A stretch of DNA of 64,000 nt, from the IMG/VR virus record IMGVR_UViG_3300028920_000028, one strand, 5' to 3'. Shown piece by piece: positions 35,480-45,829 of this stretch (its first letter is position 1; every line of letters starts with the position of its first letter). Origin of the DNA: an uncultured virus (IMG/VR IMGVR_UViG_3300028920_000028) (taxonomy: Duplodnaviria > Heunggongvirae > Uroviricota > Caudoviricetes). The notes beneath the pieces were generated by a model. That model saw only the letters and a program-made list of their open reading frames with translations. It was not told the DNA's origin and made no database searches. The position numbers and the translations under genes are program-made.

Positions 35480-36189
35480 TACGGGTGCAGGCTGTAGAGG
35501 TAGTCGCTCGCGGCCTGCGCCCGCTCCCGCTCCAGACGCTCGTAGGCTTCCAATATGAGCGGCATCGCCTTCTGGGACAGATGGACGCCGTCCCTGAGAT
35601 ACTCCCCCTTTGACGTCATGTCCAAGTTCACGAGCTCACGAAACACCGACAGGACGACGCCCTTCGGGAAATGGTGCCTCAGGCGCGCTGTGAAGGCCTC
35701 TGTGGCCTCGTTGCGCTCCCGGGTGGTTCCCAGGTGGGGGTAGGGGTTCTCCTCGCTCACACGGGCCTCCGGGTCGTCGTGGTTGCACGTGGGGGGCGGG
35801 GCGAACAGCATGACGTCCCTGCCGGAGTCCATGAGGTTGCCGGCGAACCCGGCGTACCTGTCTGCGGCCTCGCCGGCGACATCCCCGATGATGCGGCCCT
35901 GGGCCTTCGCCTGCTTCACCAGGTGGACGCGGCAGTCGATCTCCCCGAACGAGAGCATGATCCGGTCCTCCTTGGGCAGCCCTTGGACTATGGACATCAC
36001 CTTCGAAACGACCTCGTGCGCCGGGTTGCCGAAGCTGTAGGCCAGGTATCCGCCGATGCGATAGGTCCGGAACGGGGGAAGCGAGTCTTGGGGGCAGGGG
36101 TGTCCGCTGGACACGATGTCTTTCCCCGTGAACACGCTCACATGGCTGTCGCCTATGCAGTGTGCTGTAATATCATCTACTGTTTTCAT
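35476..36189 (-). CDS. SGNH/GDSL-family hydrolase or acyltransferase
   Basis: IGDSH, FGEIDCRVHL, DGVHL. Confidence 0.8.
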   Translation of the reverse strand: MKTVDDITAHCIGDSHVSVFTGKDIVSSGHPCPQDSLPPFRTYRIGGYLAYSFGNPAHEVVSKVMSIVQGLPKEDRIMLSFGEIDCRVHLVKQAKAQGRIIGDVAGEAADRYAGFAGNLMDSGRDVMLFAPPPTCNHDDPEARVSEENPYPHLGTTRERNEATEAFTARLRHHFPKGVVLSVFRELVNLDMTSKGEYLRDGVHLSQKAMPLILEAYERLERERAQAASDYLYSLHPY

Positions 36190-36287
36190 AAGAGGCCTTG
36201 TCTTGCGAATACCTGTACGATACCCCCGACTTTCAAAAAACCCAAAAATCATACACGTATAGGTCGTGTCCTACGCTTGCGAGATAA

Positions 36288-36902
36288 TCACCTTCTGGAC
36301 AGAAGATTCCACTTATTGTTCAACTCACGAAAATCGTATTCATCGTAGAACTCAAAATCGCGTGCGTTTCGAACTTTTGTAGGTTCCTTATTCAAAGAGT
36401 CATGTATTAGGTCATAGTCTATAGACTCTTCTGAAGAAACAAAGCGTATAATACTAATTATGTATTTAATCCTGTTTGTACCAACTATGTCGCTGTATCT
36501 CACTTTAAGGTTTTTTGATTCAGGTAGGATCCACTTGTCCATAAACCCTAACCAATAAGGCGCTTTTTCCTTTAGAAAGTTCTTCCAAGATTCCAAGTTG
36601 TGACTAATCTGTCCTTTGGACACAAGGAAACTATAATACGATGTCAAGCACCCCTCGGGGTTTCGGTATTGAATAATATGACTCCAACCTTTTATGCACT
36701 TATATTTTAATCCAAAATCATGATTCTTCTGGACATTAGTACTTGATTCTATACACGGGACTCTTTGACAGTGTCCATAAAATTCACAGTAGTGCATAGA
36801 ACTTTCAAAGTAATAGTTCAATATTCTCATCAAATAGTGATGACCGCTACGTGGAAACGTAACGACTTGAGTTCTATTTAAGCTTTTCACAGTTTTGGTC
36901 AT
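36288..36902 (-). CDS. Sulfotransferase-like protein
   Basis: TFPRSGHHYL (PSB loop), KNHD, QYRNP..LTSYY, VRYSDI. Confidence 0.75.
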   Translation of the reverse strand: MTKTVKSLNRTQVVTFPRSGHHYLMRILNYYFESSMHYCEFYGHCQRVPCIESSTNVQKNHDFGLKYKCIKGWSHIIQYRNPEGCLTSYYSFLVSKGQISHNLESWKNFLKEKAPYWLGFMDKWILPESKNLKVRYSDIVGTNRIKYIISIIRFVSSEESIDYDLIHDSLNKEPTKVRNARDFEFYDEYDFRELNNKWNLLSRR

Positions 36903-38053
36903 CTTATAACCTGTGTATCGTATCGATCTGCCAGACTTGGGTTTCTAATAATCTCTTCGTACAAAACGCTACCTGGCATAGCTATATACTTACTAACATT
37001 AACTCTATCTAATTTAAGTTGTGATATTAAGGTGTTAGTGGCAATACGGTCTTCCTCCTCCTCGTATGGTGTTTCCGTTAGAAAGCTACCATACACCTTG
37101 ATACCTTCGGATTTACAGGTTCTAACGAACCTATGTATCTGGTCTACTGTTATATCCTTCTTGTATCGTTTTAAGAGCTTTGGACTACCCGTTTCTATAC
37201 CAACATACAAAGAAACACACCCCGCTCTTTTCATAAGGCTAATCTGGTTATTTGTTAGATCGACTCTGGATTCACATTTCCATGAAAACTCCAAACCCCT
37301 ACTCAAAACTTCTTCACAGAAAGATACTAGTCGCTGTTTACTTGCAGTAAAATTGTCCTCTCTAAAATATATTCCTTTAGAGTTGTGGTCTGAGATTAAG
37401 TATCCTATATCGTCTAACACTCTTTCCACCGAATGATATGTCCATCTCCGACCATAGATCCCTCTCGTACTACAAAACTCGCATCTGTTCGGACATCCCC
37501 TACTTGATGAATACGTGTATACGTTTTTCACCGAGGGGCACTCCTCTATAGTTCGATTATACTTAGGAGCCGAAAACAGTTCATAAGGAACTCTAGGCAG
37601 GTCGTCCAAGTTCTCTATGCGCCCGGCTACTATGACCCTATCTCGTAGGCTTTCATCAAGTATGCCCCGCAACACATACTCTCCCTCACCGCGAACAACA
37701 TGGTCAAAATATCGGAGGAGGGTATCAGGTAAGATTGTGGGATGCGCACCACCCGCGATTAGCTTGCCCTTAAATCCTTGGCTACGTATTTCCCTCGCAA
37801 GAATTGAAGCTTCTTCATAGCAGGCTGAATTAACCTGTATACCAATCGCCTCGACACCCCCCAAAGAGGGCAGCTTATCGCCTGCGTAGATATCACATAT
37901 GGACGGTTGAAACCCACAAGACCGAAGATACCCCGCTATGTACCCAAGTCCCAACGGTGCTCGGATGTCTCCCAGATGAAAACCGTATTTAGGACTTGTC
38001 GGCATCGGGGGAGTAAGTAGAAGGATCCTGGGGCTACTCTTGAAGCCGGACAT
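36899..38053 (-). CDS. B12-binding radical SAM protein (class B methyltransferase-like)
   Basis: PLGLGYIAGYL, AGGAHPT, VRGEGE, SSRGCPNRCEFC, EDNF, GIETGS. Confidence 0.9.
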   Translation of the reverse strand: MSGFKSSPRILLLTPPMPTSPKYGFHLGDIRAPLGLGYIAGYLRSCGFQPSICDIYAGDKLPSLGGVEAIGIQVNSACYEEASILAREIRSQGFKGKLIAGGAHPTILPDTLLRYFDHVVRGEGEYVLRGILDESLRDRVIVAGRIENLDDLPRVPYELFSAPKYNRTIEECPSVKNVYTYSSSRGCPNRCEFCSTRGIYGRRWTYHSVERVLDDIGYLISDHNSKGIYFREDNFTASKQRLVSFCEEVLSRGLEFSWKCESRVDLTNNQISLMKRAGCVSLYVGIETGSPKLLKRYKKDITVDQIHRFVRTCKSEGIKVYGSFLTETPYEEEEDRIATNTLISQLKLDRVNVSKYIAMPGSVLYEEIIRNPSLADRYDTQVIR

Positions 38054-38795
38054 ACAGCCTACTTTCTTTCATCTTCTTTTTCTTGTACTCTATTTGCTCT
38101 TGTGTGTTATAGGAGAATCGTACGGAGTTAGAAACCGCCGGCTCATAGTTGCTCTTTACAAGTTTCAAAAAATCTTGACTATCGCAAGCATCGCACAGAC
38201 TGCCAAGTTTGTTAAACCCGGCTCTGCAGCAGCGCATAGTGTAGTCTACATGACCGTAACCGCACCACCCGAACTCTGTAGTATCAAAATATCCTACTGT
38301 ATCAATTACTCTCTTTGTAAACGTCCAAAAGGCCCCTTGTATGTGGTTGTCATCTGAATTATACTTTTGAAGTAGCCCTTTTGGCTCTTTTACGACTTGT
38401 AGTTTTACGTCGTCATACCAATTTGGATCCATAAATACTAGATGGTCATACCCCGACAAACGAACGGCCAATTCGTATTTTGAATCCCACCCTTTTTTGA
38501 TAAATACTACATCATCATCGCATTTGAAACCTATATCAAATTCGTATTCACAAGACTTTTGGAGAATAGTGTTTGTCTGCCGATGGATACCTACACGGTC
38601 ATTTTTGATGAGTACAACATCAACACCACTAAACTGTAAACTCTCCAAAAATTCTATTGTGCCGTCTGTAGATCCATCATCAGCAACCACCAAGATCCAA
38701 TTAGAACTTTTGTCCCTAGTGCTGTTCCAGCTTTTCAGCAGATTGGACAAATAAACCCTTCTATTATATGTGGTTACTCCAATAAAATAAGTCAT
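38034..38795 (-). CDS. Glycosyltransferase family 2
   Basis: GVTTYNR, VADDGSTDGT, KCDDDV, GYGHVDYTMR. Confidence 0.9.
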   Translation of the reverse strand: MTYFIGVTTYNRRVYLSNLLKSWNSTRDKSSNWILVVADDGSTDGTIEFLESLQFSGVDVVLIKNDRVGIHRQTNTILQKSCEYEFDIGFKCDDDVVFIKKGWDSKYELAVRLSGYDHLVFMDPNWYDDVKLQVVKEPKGLLQKYNSDDNHIQGAFWTFTKRVIDTVGYFDTTEFGWCGYGHVDYTMRCCRAGFNKLGSLCDACDSQDFLKLVKSNYEPAVSNSVRFSYNTQEQIEYKKKKMKESRLYVRLQE

Positions 38796-39601
38796 AACGT
38801 GAAAGATCCTACAAGTAGATCGTTGTCCTTGGCAAATCTGCTGATCGTGTCGTTTGACGACGCCGCAAACTCAGGAGTGTACCCACGGTTGAATTTCTGG
38901 GATTCGGGGTGGCCCCCAAACCAATGAACAGCATATGAAGTGTCGGGTATCTGGAACTCACCGGAGTGAATCCGGACTACATCATCAGAACTTGAGATGG
39001 GATAGAACGCCTCATTCTCCGTCCTGTATACCTTCTCTTTGGATTTCTGATCCACGAATTTGGAACACCGTTCATTGAGATAGATGAAGAACTGCGGGCC
39101 AATGCAACAGTAGTCGTTCGCGTCAAAATGGGTGTCAATTTCAGAAAAGGCGATTTCAGGCAAAAGAGATTCCTTTGACGCGCCCAATACCCCCACATAC
39201 GGCATCGAACGACATCCGTACACAAAATCATAACCTCCCAGGTCATCGAACGGCCGGCATACGATTTGGTCGACATCCAAATACCAGCCGCCGCCGCGGA
39301 GAACATCCCATCGGAAGAAATCAGAAACGAAGTTGGGGGCGACTCTTTTCCCGTTGGAATAAGACCGTATTTCGATGCCCAGGCCATCCCACTCCGATGA
39401 GAAATCGGACACATCATCCTTGGACATGAAATCTTGACGGTCACGGGTGCTCCAAGTGCGAAAGCCCTCCTGCTTTTCGCTTTTGTATAGCACCATCTTC
39501 CATCCAGGGTGGAATTTACGAAACGAACGTAGGGTGAGAAGCCTTAAGAAAGAGAACGGTGTTCCGTCACCCCAAAAGAAATAAGCAATCTTGGGTATCA
39601 T
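38792..39601 (-). CDS. GT32-like (DXD sugar-binding) glycosyltransferase
   Basis: MIPKIAYFFWG, SDFFRW, GGWYLDVD, IGPQ, YAVHWFGG. Confidence 0.85.
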   Translation of the reverse strand: MIPKIAYFFWGDGTPFSFLRLLTLRSFRKFHPGWKMVLYKSEKQEGFRTWSTRDRQDFMSKDDVSDFSSEWDGLGIEIRSYSNGKRVAPNFVSDFFRWDVLRGGGWYLDVDQIVCRPFDDLGGYDFVYGCRSMPYVGVLGASKESLLPEIAFSEIDTHFDANDYCCIGPQFFIYLNERCSKFVDQKSKEKVYRTENEAFYPISSSDDVVRIHSGEFQIPDTSYAVHWFGGHPESQKFNRGYTPEFAASSNDTISRFAKDNDLLVGSFTL

Positions 39602-40299
39602 GTCAGCCTTTCGACCTCGGGGGGGATTTCTCCACGGCGATATTCTCCAACATATCTGCCCAAAATCGATGCATCGCCGTCATGGGTGACGGCCCTCTTC
39701 GCGGTGTCCAATTCGATGACCTGAATTTCCGGACATGAGCGAATTCCCTTCTTGAAGATCCATGCGCGTTCCGTCATGTCCCTGTCGGCGTAGTAATATT
39801 GGTAGGCGCTGCTGTACATTCCTATGTCACGGAACACGCTCTTTCGATAGACCCCGAAGTTCATGCAGTAATCTGGACCGACGTAGGCTATCCACTGCTG
39901 ATTTGAGGTCCTCCATTTGTTTAGATCTTTTGCGTCCTGTACGTTGCCCCTAGCCCAATGGAATATGAATACATCATAGGGTTCGTCGAGGATCTCGAAC
40001 ACTTTGCCCCAAGGTGTCGCCATGAGAACATCGTCATTCCATTGGCAGACGTTTTCAAACGATGACGCACGGATTCCTGCGTTCATGAAATGCGGATAGG
40101 GACTCCGACGGCCGATTTCAATGACCTTGAGCCTGTCGCAGGATCGTTCCCGCAGATATTCCAAAGTGCCGTCCGTCGAACCGCCGTCGACCAAAACGAG
40201 TTCGATGCGGTTGTGCGCCTCTATCGTGTTACCGAGAACGAGCGGCAGCAGACCCCTCCTGTTCAACGTCCCGGTCACTATGCTGAGTCCGCTACTCAT
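39598..40299 (-). CDS. Glycosyltransferase family 2
   Basis: SIVTGTLNR, VDGGSTDGT, WNDDV, YYADRD. Confidence 0.9.
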   Translation of the reverse strand: MSSGLSIVTGTLNRRGLLPLVLGNTIEAHNRIELVLVDGGSTDGTLEYLRERSCDRLKVIEIGRRSPYPHFMNAGIRASSFENVCQWNDDVLMATPWGKVFEILDEPYDVFIFHWARGNVQDAKDLNKWRTSNQQWIAYVGPDYCMNFGVYRKSVFRDIGMYSSAYQYYYADRDMTERAWIFKKGIRSCPEIQVIELDTAKRAVTHDGDASILGRYVGEYRRGEIPPEVERLT

Positions 40300-40925
40300 A
40301 ACTTGCTACTCTCGTCGTAACCAAATTCCTTAAGATCCTCTTCAAAGTATCCTCGTAGGAATTCAATGTCAGCGAGCGTGACGAGCTTCCTGGCTTCCTT
40401 CGGCCGCGGCGATTTGATATGACGCCCATGTATATGTGTTTCCCGGTCGTACTCCGAAAAGTCTTTGAATAACGAAGCCCTTCTCATGTTTGACTCAAGG
40501 GATGACTGCAACCTAACGGATTTCGTTTGAGTTTCACAAAAAGAAACCTTGAAGTACATCGAGTAGTTTCTAAATAGATAATCGTAATCGTTGTAAAACA
40601 ATGAGTAGTTAAGCATTAAACACTTTCCTGTGTCACGATATCTTTTGACGTCGCCCACGTTCTTCTTGATCCATTTGGCTGCCTTTTTTATATCAACCGA
40701 AGTAATCTTGGAATTGGTATCGATTCTCGCTTGGCTTATGGTCGCATCGATGAAGTTTCGATAGCTACATACACAAAGGCTATAATCTACTCCCTCCAAG
40801 AAACCCTGCACTTTCCTTACCCTCGCCGATGGAAAAAGCCACTTCAGCGTTTGGTAAATTAGAGTACTGCCGCTACGCGGGAGGCCTGCCGAAACCAGAT
40901 CTTTGCCGGATAGGTCATTACTCAC
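40296..40925 (-). CDS. Sulfotransferase-like protein
   Basis: AGLPRSGSTLIYQ, SYRNFIDATIS, LKEFGY. Confidence 0.75.
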   Translation of the reverse strand: MSNDLSGKDLVSAGLPRSGSTLIYQTLKWLFPSARVRKVQGFLEGVDYSLCVCSYRNFIDATISQARIDTNSKITSVDIKKAAKWIKKNVGDVKRYRDTGKCLMLNYSLFYNDYDYLFRNYSMYFKVSFCETQTKSVRLQSSLESNMRRASLFKDFSEYDRETHIHGRHIKSPRPKEARKLVTLADIEFLRGYFEEDLKEFGYDESSKL

Positions 40926-42490
40926 AGCTTACCCATATCTTTCACAAAAAGCTTGTCCTCCACCACGACGGCATCTATTTGCGTATCACGTAAAACGTCA
41001 AGCGCCTCCTTAACCGTATTGAGGATAGGCTTTCCTTTGATGTTGAAAGAGGTGTTCAACAAAACCCTTTTGCCTGTCAAACGATTAAACTCCCCCAATA
41101 GGTCATAGAAGTACTTGTGACTCTCCCTTGTGACCGTCTGTATCCGTGCGGTACCGTCGCAGTGCGTAACGGCACCCAATGATGTTCTCCACTCCTCACG
41201 CACAGGGGCCGCGAACGACATAAACGGGGAATCCCCGTCGAACTCGAAGTACTTACCGCAGTCCTCTTTGCGAACAAACGGGGCGAACGGCCTGAACCAT
41301 TCCCTGTACTTCACTCTCGCGTTGAGCGTGTCCTTCATATCCGGAATGCCGGGATCGCATACAATGCTCCTGTTACCAAGGGCCCGCGGGCCGCACTCGG
41401 CCCTTCCACGCGCTATTCCCACTATCTTCCCTGCGGCAATCAACTCCGCGACAGTTCCGATATCCGCCTCCCTTGCCCCCCGTGCGGTCGCCTGCGCCGA
41501 TAGATCACCCAAATCGAAAAGGTTGGGGCCAAGGTACGCAGGGATCTCTCTTCTTTTTGGGGGATTCTTCAGCAAGAGCATGCCGAGGGAAAGGCCGCAA
41601 TCGTTCGGACTGGGGGGCACGTAAACGGGCACCCCATGTTTCAGTCGTATCTTTTCGTTTGTCAGCACATTCAAGGCGCACCCACCAGCGAGACATATGG
41701 GCAACCCTCGATGTTTCTCGATGATCGGGTCGATTGATTCGAACACCGCCCCCTCGAACGTGCTTTGCGTGGTGGCCGCAACGTCATACGAGATCTTACC
41801 CTCGAGCGCATCGACATGGAAGTCGAACCCCGCCTTTTTTCCCAGATTTTGTAGCATCCGCTTGTCCTGCCCGTTGCTTCGAAAGAACCCGGCCAAATGC
41901 GCCTCCAAGTCAAAAAGCGGATCACCGTAGGCGCAGAGGCCCATTAGCTTACCCGGCATGGACAGACCGCTTCCGGATTTCCTTATCTCAGAGAGGGGCC
42001 ATCCCATGCATAAGTAGGCCGTTCCAAGGTCATAGGGAAACGAGGCCAGCTTTTCTATCTTGGTGCCGCAGGCGTGGAACACGTTGAAGAAGGAGATGCC
42101 CACAAGATCGTCGCCGCCCCCATCGTAGGATATGACAAGCGCCTCCTCGAACGGGCTTGTGAAGAAAGAAGACGCGGCATGCGCGGAATGGTGTGGCACG
42201 TCCTGGAACTCACGCACACCAAATATCTCCGACACCAGGCCTTGCTTCGCCTGCGGAAGTTGATTCGTGTAGCACACATCAAACTTGATCTCGCCGAACT
42301 CCGAGATCAAGCAATCTCTTATTTTGCCCAAAACATTCGCGCAACCGGGATTCTCCTCGAATTGCTTCCAAAGAAAATCGTACCGATTTCCCGTAATCCT
42401 CTCAACCTCGAATGTTCTGTACGTATCACCAATACGGAAGGACAACGACGCATCGTGTGACGTGTATGCAGCCATGCTGTTGTTTGCCAT
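40922..42490 (-). CDS. O-carbamoyltransferase (NodU/CmcH family)
   Basis: HDAS, HHSAHAASSF, YDGGGD, GKLMGL, AGGCALN, GPRALGNRSI, REWFRPFAP, HCDGTARIQTV, LLNTSFN. Confidence 0.95.
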   Translation of the reverse strand: MANNSMAAYTSHDASLSFRIGDTYRTFEVERITGNRYDFLWKQFEENPGCANVLGKIRDCLISEFGEIKFDVCYTNQLPQAKQGLVSEIFGVREFQDVPHHSAHAASSFFTSPFEEALVISYDGGGDDLVGISFFNVFHACGTKIEKLASFPYDLGTAYLCMGWPLSEIRKSGSGLSMPGKLMGLCAYGDPLFDLEAHLAGFFRSNGQDKRMLQNLGKKAGFDFHVDALEGKISYDVAATTQSTFEGAVFESIDPIIEKHRGLPICLAGGCALNVLTNEKIRLKHGVPVYVPPSPNDCGLSLGMLLLKNPPKRREIPAYLGPNLFDLGDLSAQATARGAREADIGTVAELIAAGKIVGIARGRAECGPRALGNRSIVCDPGIPDMKDTLNARVKYREWFRPFAPFVRKEDCGKYFEFDGDSPFMSFAAPVREEWRTSLGAVTHCDGTARIQTVTRESHKYFYDLLGEFNRLTGKRVLLNTSFNIKGKPILNTVKEALDVLRDTQIDAVVVEDKLFVKDMGKL

Positions 42491-42499
42491 GCGTCCTTC

Positions 42500-43312
42500 C
42501 TAAAAGAAGCGTCTGAAGCACGAACGCCAAAGATGCTTTTCAAATGAAACGTATTCCAAGGCGGCCTCGAAATTCCTTTTGACAGCCGGTAATCTGCGCT
42601 CGTAGTCCTCCTCCCCAAGCGAGCCGATAGCAGCGTCCAAGCCATCGAGCGACTCGAACAGGATCATTCCGTCCGGGTCGAAGAACTCGTGCGCTTTCGG
42701 GAATCCCCAATAGATCGGTACGGTGCCGGTGAGAAAACAGTCCATGATCTTCTCGCTGAAGTACGAATTTACCGCACAGTTCTCGATGGCAATGCTGTAT
42801 CGGTAGTAGGCCAGGCCGTCAATCTTTTTAGCTATAGGCTTGTATCCGCGCCCGAATAACCCCTCTATCCGATCCTTGAACCTGTCAGCGACGACATGTC
42901 GTAGCCTCTGACCATGCGTGAACCGCTTGTCTGATGCTATCATCGACAGGTTCTTCATCTTAATGTTCACCCCCCTGTAACCCTCGTCTATCCATGTCGT
43001 ACCGTATGGATAGTACACGAAATTTTCGGTGCCGGCGAGCCTCTCATCGAACGTGCAGACAAAGTCAAACGCATCGTGGTGCTGCTCCACAAATCTGTAT
43101 ATTTGGGGGTCTACGACGACCGGCTCAAACAGTACGGCCACCTTATGTTCACTACCGCTGCTCAGCGCCTCTGAAAGGAACCGATCCGTGAAAACTGTTA
43201 GATAGCTGTCGCGTGGCTGCCTGTCCCACACCCACTCAAACCACGAACACGGCCTCTCGGGAAATCTTTCGCTGAAAAAATTCAAGTCTCGTATATGAAT
43301 TTGATTCATCAT
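42500..43312 (-). CDS. GT10 (fucosyltransferase-like) glycosyltransferase
   Basis: YRYSIAIENCAVNSYFSEKIMDCFLTGTVPIYWG. Confidence 0.9.
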   Translation of the reverse strand: MMNQIHIRDLNFFSERFPERPCSWFEWVWDRQPRDSYLTVFTDRFLSEALSSGSEHKVAVLFEPVVVDPQIYRFVEQHHDAFDFVCTFDERLAGTENFVYYPYGTTWIDEGYRGVNIKMKNLSMIASDKRFTHGQRLRHVVADRFKDRIEGLFGRGYKPIAKKIDGLAYYRYSIAIENCAVNSYFSEKIMDCFLTGTVPIYWGFPKAHEFFDPDGMILFESLDGLDAAIGSLGEEDYERRLPAVKRNFEAALEYVSFEKHLWRSCFRRFF

Positions 43313-44250
43313 GTAAGCCCCAAACTTTCAGCGAGAATCTCCCTCTTCCTCTGGATGATGTCCCGCCTCACGGGGTCGTCGTAGAAGTAGAACGACTGCA
43401 GCAGCTCCAGCATCCAAGAGTACTTCTTGTTCTGCCCCGACGCGGGCTCGTGGTGGAGGTGGTACACGTCGATGGGCGGGTCGTCGGCGTAGGCCGCGGC
43501 GCCCAAGAAGTGGTTCTGTATGATGCCCTGGCCCTTTCCGTGCAGGATCTCCAATTTGGTCCAGAAGAAGGAATCCTCCGGGCTGTACCCGTAGAACAGT
43601 TCCGGATCGTACCCGCCGACGGCCTCGAAGTCATCCGAGCGCACGACAACCGACCCGCCGGGGCTGCCCGGCTTCGAGGGGGTCGAGTACTCGTTCATCC
43701 ACCCCGGGGCGTTCTCGTACTGCCCGGCCTCGATGAGCGCCGTCGCATAGGACGATAGCATCCGCACCCGCCTCTCCCTGTACGGCTGAAGCCACTTGGC
43801 GCCCTTTGCCAGGTGCTCCCGCACCTTCCCGAAGAACCCCCTCTCCACGAGGATGTCGACATCGTGGAAGATGCACCACTCCGTCCTCGGCGCCTCCATG
43901 AATCCCATGTTGTAGCACAGGGACTTCTCAAACAACCCCTCCGACCTCTTGTCGTCGGGCGGCACGCACACGTACGCGACGCAGGCCTCGCGGCACAGGT
44001 CGGGGTAGACCGGCTCGGCGGCGTTCTCGATGACGACGACGCGCACCGAAACGTTGGCGGACGCCGCCGACTCTCTGATGTGGGCGAGGCAGGGCTTGAG
44101 AAACCTTTGCCTCCCCCGAACGGGTATCAAGAGGTTGTAGTCCGCCCCGCCGCCCGGGATGATGGCCTTGTATCCGGGCGACCATTTGATTGCGCCGTAG
44201 TCGATTCGGTTGGACTCCATGTCCTTCAGGAACTGCTCCGGAGACAGCAT
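43309..44250 (-). CDS. GT-A glycosyltransferase with a GT7-type C-terminal motif
   Basis: LIPVRGR, KSLCYNMG, FHDVDIL, VGGYDPELFYGYSPED, YHLHH. Confidence 0.85.
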   Translation of the reverse strand: MLSPEQFLKDMESNRIDYGAIKWSPGYKAIIPGGGADYNLLIPVRGRQRFLKPCLAHIRESAASANVSVRVVVIENAAEPVYPDLCREACVAYVCVPPDDKRSEGLFEKSLCYNMGFMEAPRTEWCIFHDVDILVERGFFGKVREHLAKGAKWLQPYRERRVRMLSSYATALIEAGQYENAPGWMNEYSTPSKPGSPGGSVVVRSDDFEAVGGYDPELFYGYSPEDSFFWTKLEILHGKGQGIIQNHFLGAAAYADDPPIDVYHLHHEPASGQNKKYSWMLELLQSFYFYDDPVRRDIIQRKREILAESLGLT

Positions 44251-44270
44251 GCCTCACCCCGCGTTTCGTG

Positions 44271-45122
44271 TCACTCCCCGGCGCCGTTTCCGGGAGATAG
44301 TTTGAGATCCATCTCTTGATGCGCCGATATGTTGTCGAACCCCGCGATGGGGTCGAGGTCAATCCTCCTGCCGGACAGGTATTCCCCGTTGAGGTACGCT
44401 GCGGACACGGTGCCGCAGTGGTTCCCGTTAGCGCCCTGCACCTTGTTGACGGGGATGTTCATCACGGGCGACCTGTCGAGGCACATCATGTATGGCTTCA
44501 TTATCGGATTATTGGCAAGTATGCCCTCGAAATGGTTGGGCGTGTGGTAGGGCAGCCTGTGGATGAGCGGGAAGATGTCGGCCGTCTTGAAGATGTGAGC
44601 GTCCACGCTCATTGGGTACGACCAGTCGCCCATCAGGCCCTGCCACCTCCACAGTCCCGGCGCCTCGAACCCGGGGGGCGGCGTGTCCCTCTGCTCCGTG
44701 TAGCAGTACACTATGCGGGGGTGCATCCGCAGGGAGAAGCAAGCCACGTCGTCGCGCGCCCCGAACTCCTTGAACCGGGCGCTACCCTCCGGGTCAAACG
44801 GCTCCTTGAACACGTTGTCGTCCACCAGGAACATCGTGTACGGCTTGCCGGGGTCGACCAGCTGCCGCACCCACGCCCGGAACCCGCCGCCGTACTGCCG
44901 GGTCGGGAACCCCTCGTCGACCCAGTTGACGGGACGGTTCCCGTGGTGGCTGATCACCATGTCGTAGCCGTCGCGGTACGCGTTGCTCGAGCACGTCCGC
45001 AGGACGTGGATCATGCCGTCGTAGCGGAAGAACCGCCACATGCTGCGCAGGAGGAGATCCAGCTGGCAGCCCCTGTCCTTGCTGAATATGATGATGTTGG
45101 TGTCGCCGCTCATCTCTGCCAC
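44271..45122 (-). CDS. Putative GT-A fold glycosyltransferase
   Basis: IIIFSKDRGCQLDLLLRS, MFLVDDNVF, WSYPMSVDAHIF, PNHFE. Confidence 0.7.
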   Translation of the reverse strand: MAEMSGDTNIIIFSKDRGCQLDLLLRSMWRFFRYDGMIHVLRTCSSNAYRDGYDMVISHHGNRPVNWVDEGFPTRQYGGGFRAWVRQLVDPGKPYTMFLVDDNVFKEPFDPEGSARFKEFGARDDVACFSLRMHPRIVYCYTEQRDTPPPGFEAPGLWRWQGLMGDWSYPMSVDAHIFKTADIFPLIHRLPYHTPNHFEGILANNPIMKPYMMCLDRSPVMNIPVNKVQGANGNHCGTVSAAYLNGEYLSGRRIDLDPIAGFDNISAHQEMDLKLSPGNGAGE

Positions 45123-45829
45123 TTCCTGACGTAGTATTGGCGGTTAACGTCCCAAAGGGCGTCGCTTATCGCGTAGCTCCGCGCGTGCGCCTGATGAAGG
45201 GTCAGAAGATCGTCCCGGTCGGAAAACCTGACACGCGCCGCCTCAACCTGGTTGCGGAAGTCGTCATCGTCGTACCCTACCCCTTTGGCATACTCCTCAT
45301 CGAACCCGCCCACTTTCCGATAGGTGCCCGCCGACAGCGCGGTGCAAAAATGCAGCCTTCGATGGTTGTGCCGGGTGTGGACCAGCCACTGCCCATCATT
45401 GTACTGCAGCGAGGGGTACTCGCCGGCCGACGACGTGACGGCCACGTCCCGGCACCCGCACACCACATACACGCCCGGGTCGGCCTCGAACTCCCCATCC
45501 AGCCCCGAAAGCACATCCGCGTGGTGCATGACCTCGGGGTTCGTGAGCAATATGAATTCCCCCCCGCACTTCCCCGCCCCGAAGTTGAAGGCGGGCGAGG
45601 GGTTGCTGCACCCGCTCGGCGACGGGTAAACGACCACGGGTATGTCCATGAACTCCCTGAGCGTCGACAGCAGGGCGTCGTGCAGCCTGTGGCTGTTGAC
45701 ATCCTTCAAGTCCTCCACGACCACCACCTCATAGTCGTCGCGCCCGGCATAGTGGTGCCGGAACGACAGGAGCGTGTTGCGGAACTCCTTGGCGCGGTCG
45801 TGGTAGGGCATGAGGACGCTGTACTTCAC
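45110..45829 (-). CDS. Glycosyltransferase family 2
   Basis: GTG start; YSVLMPYHDR, LTNPEV, VGGFDEEYAKGVGYDDDDF. Confidence 0.85.
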   Translation of the reverse strand: MKYSVLMPYHDRAKEFRNTLLSFRHHYAGRDDYEVVVVEDLKDVNSHRLHDALLSTLREFMDIPVVVYPSPSGCSNPSPAFNFGAGKCGGEFILLTNPEVMHHADVLSGLDGEFEADPGVYVVCGCRDVAVTSSAGEYPSLQYNDGQWLVHTRHNHRRLHFCTALSAGTYRKVGGFDEEYAKGVGYDDDDFRNQVEAARVRFSDRDDLLTLHQAHARSYAISDALWDVNRQYYVRKWQR

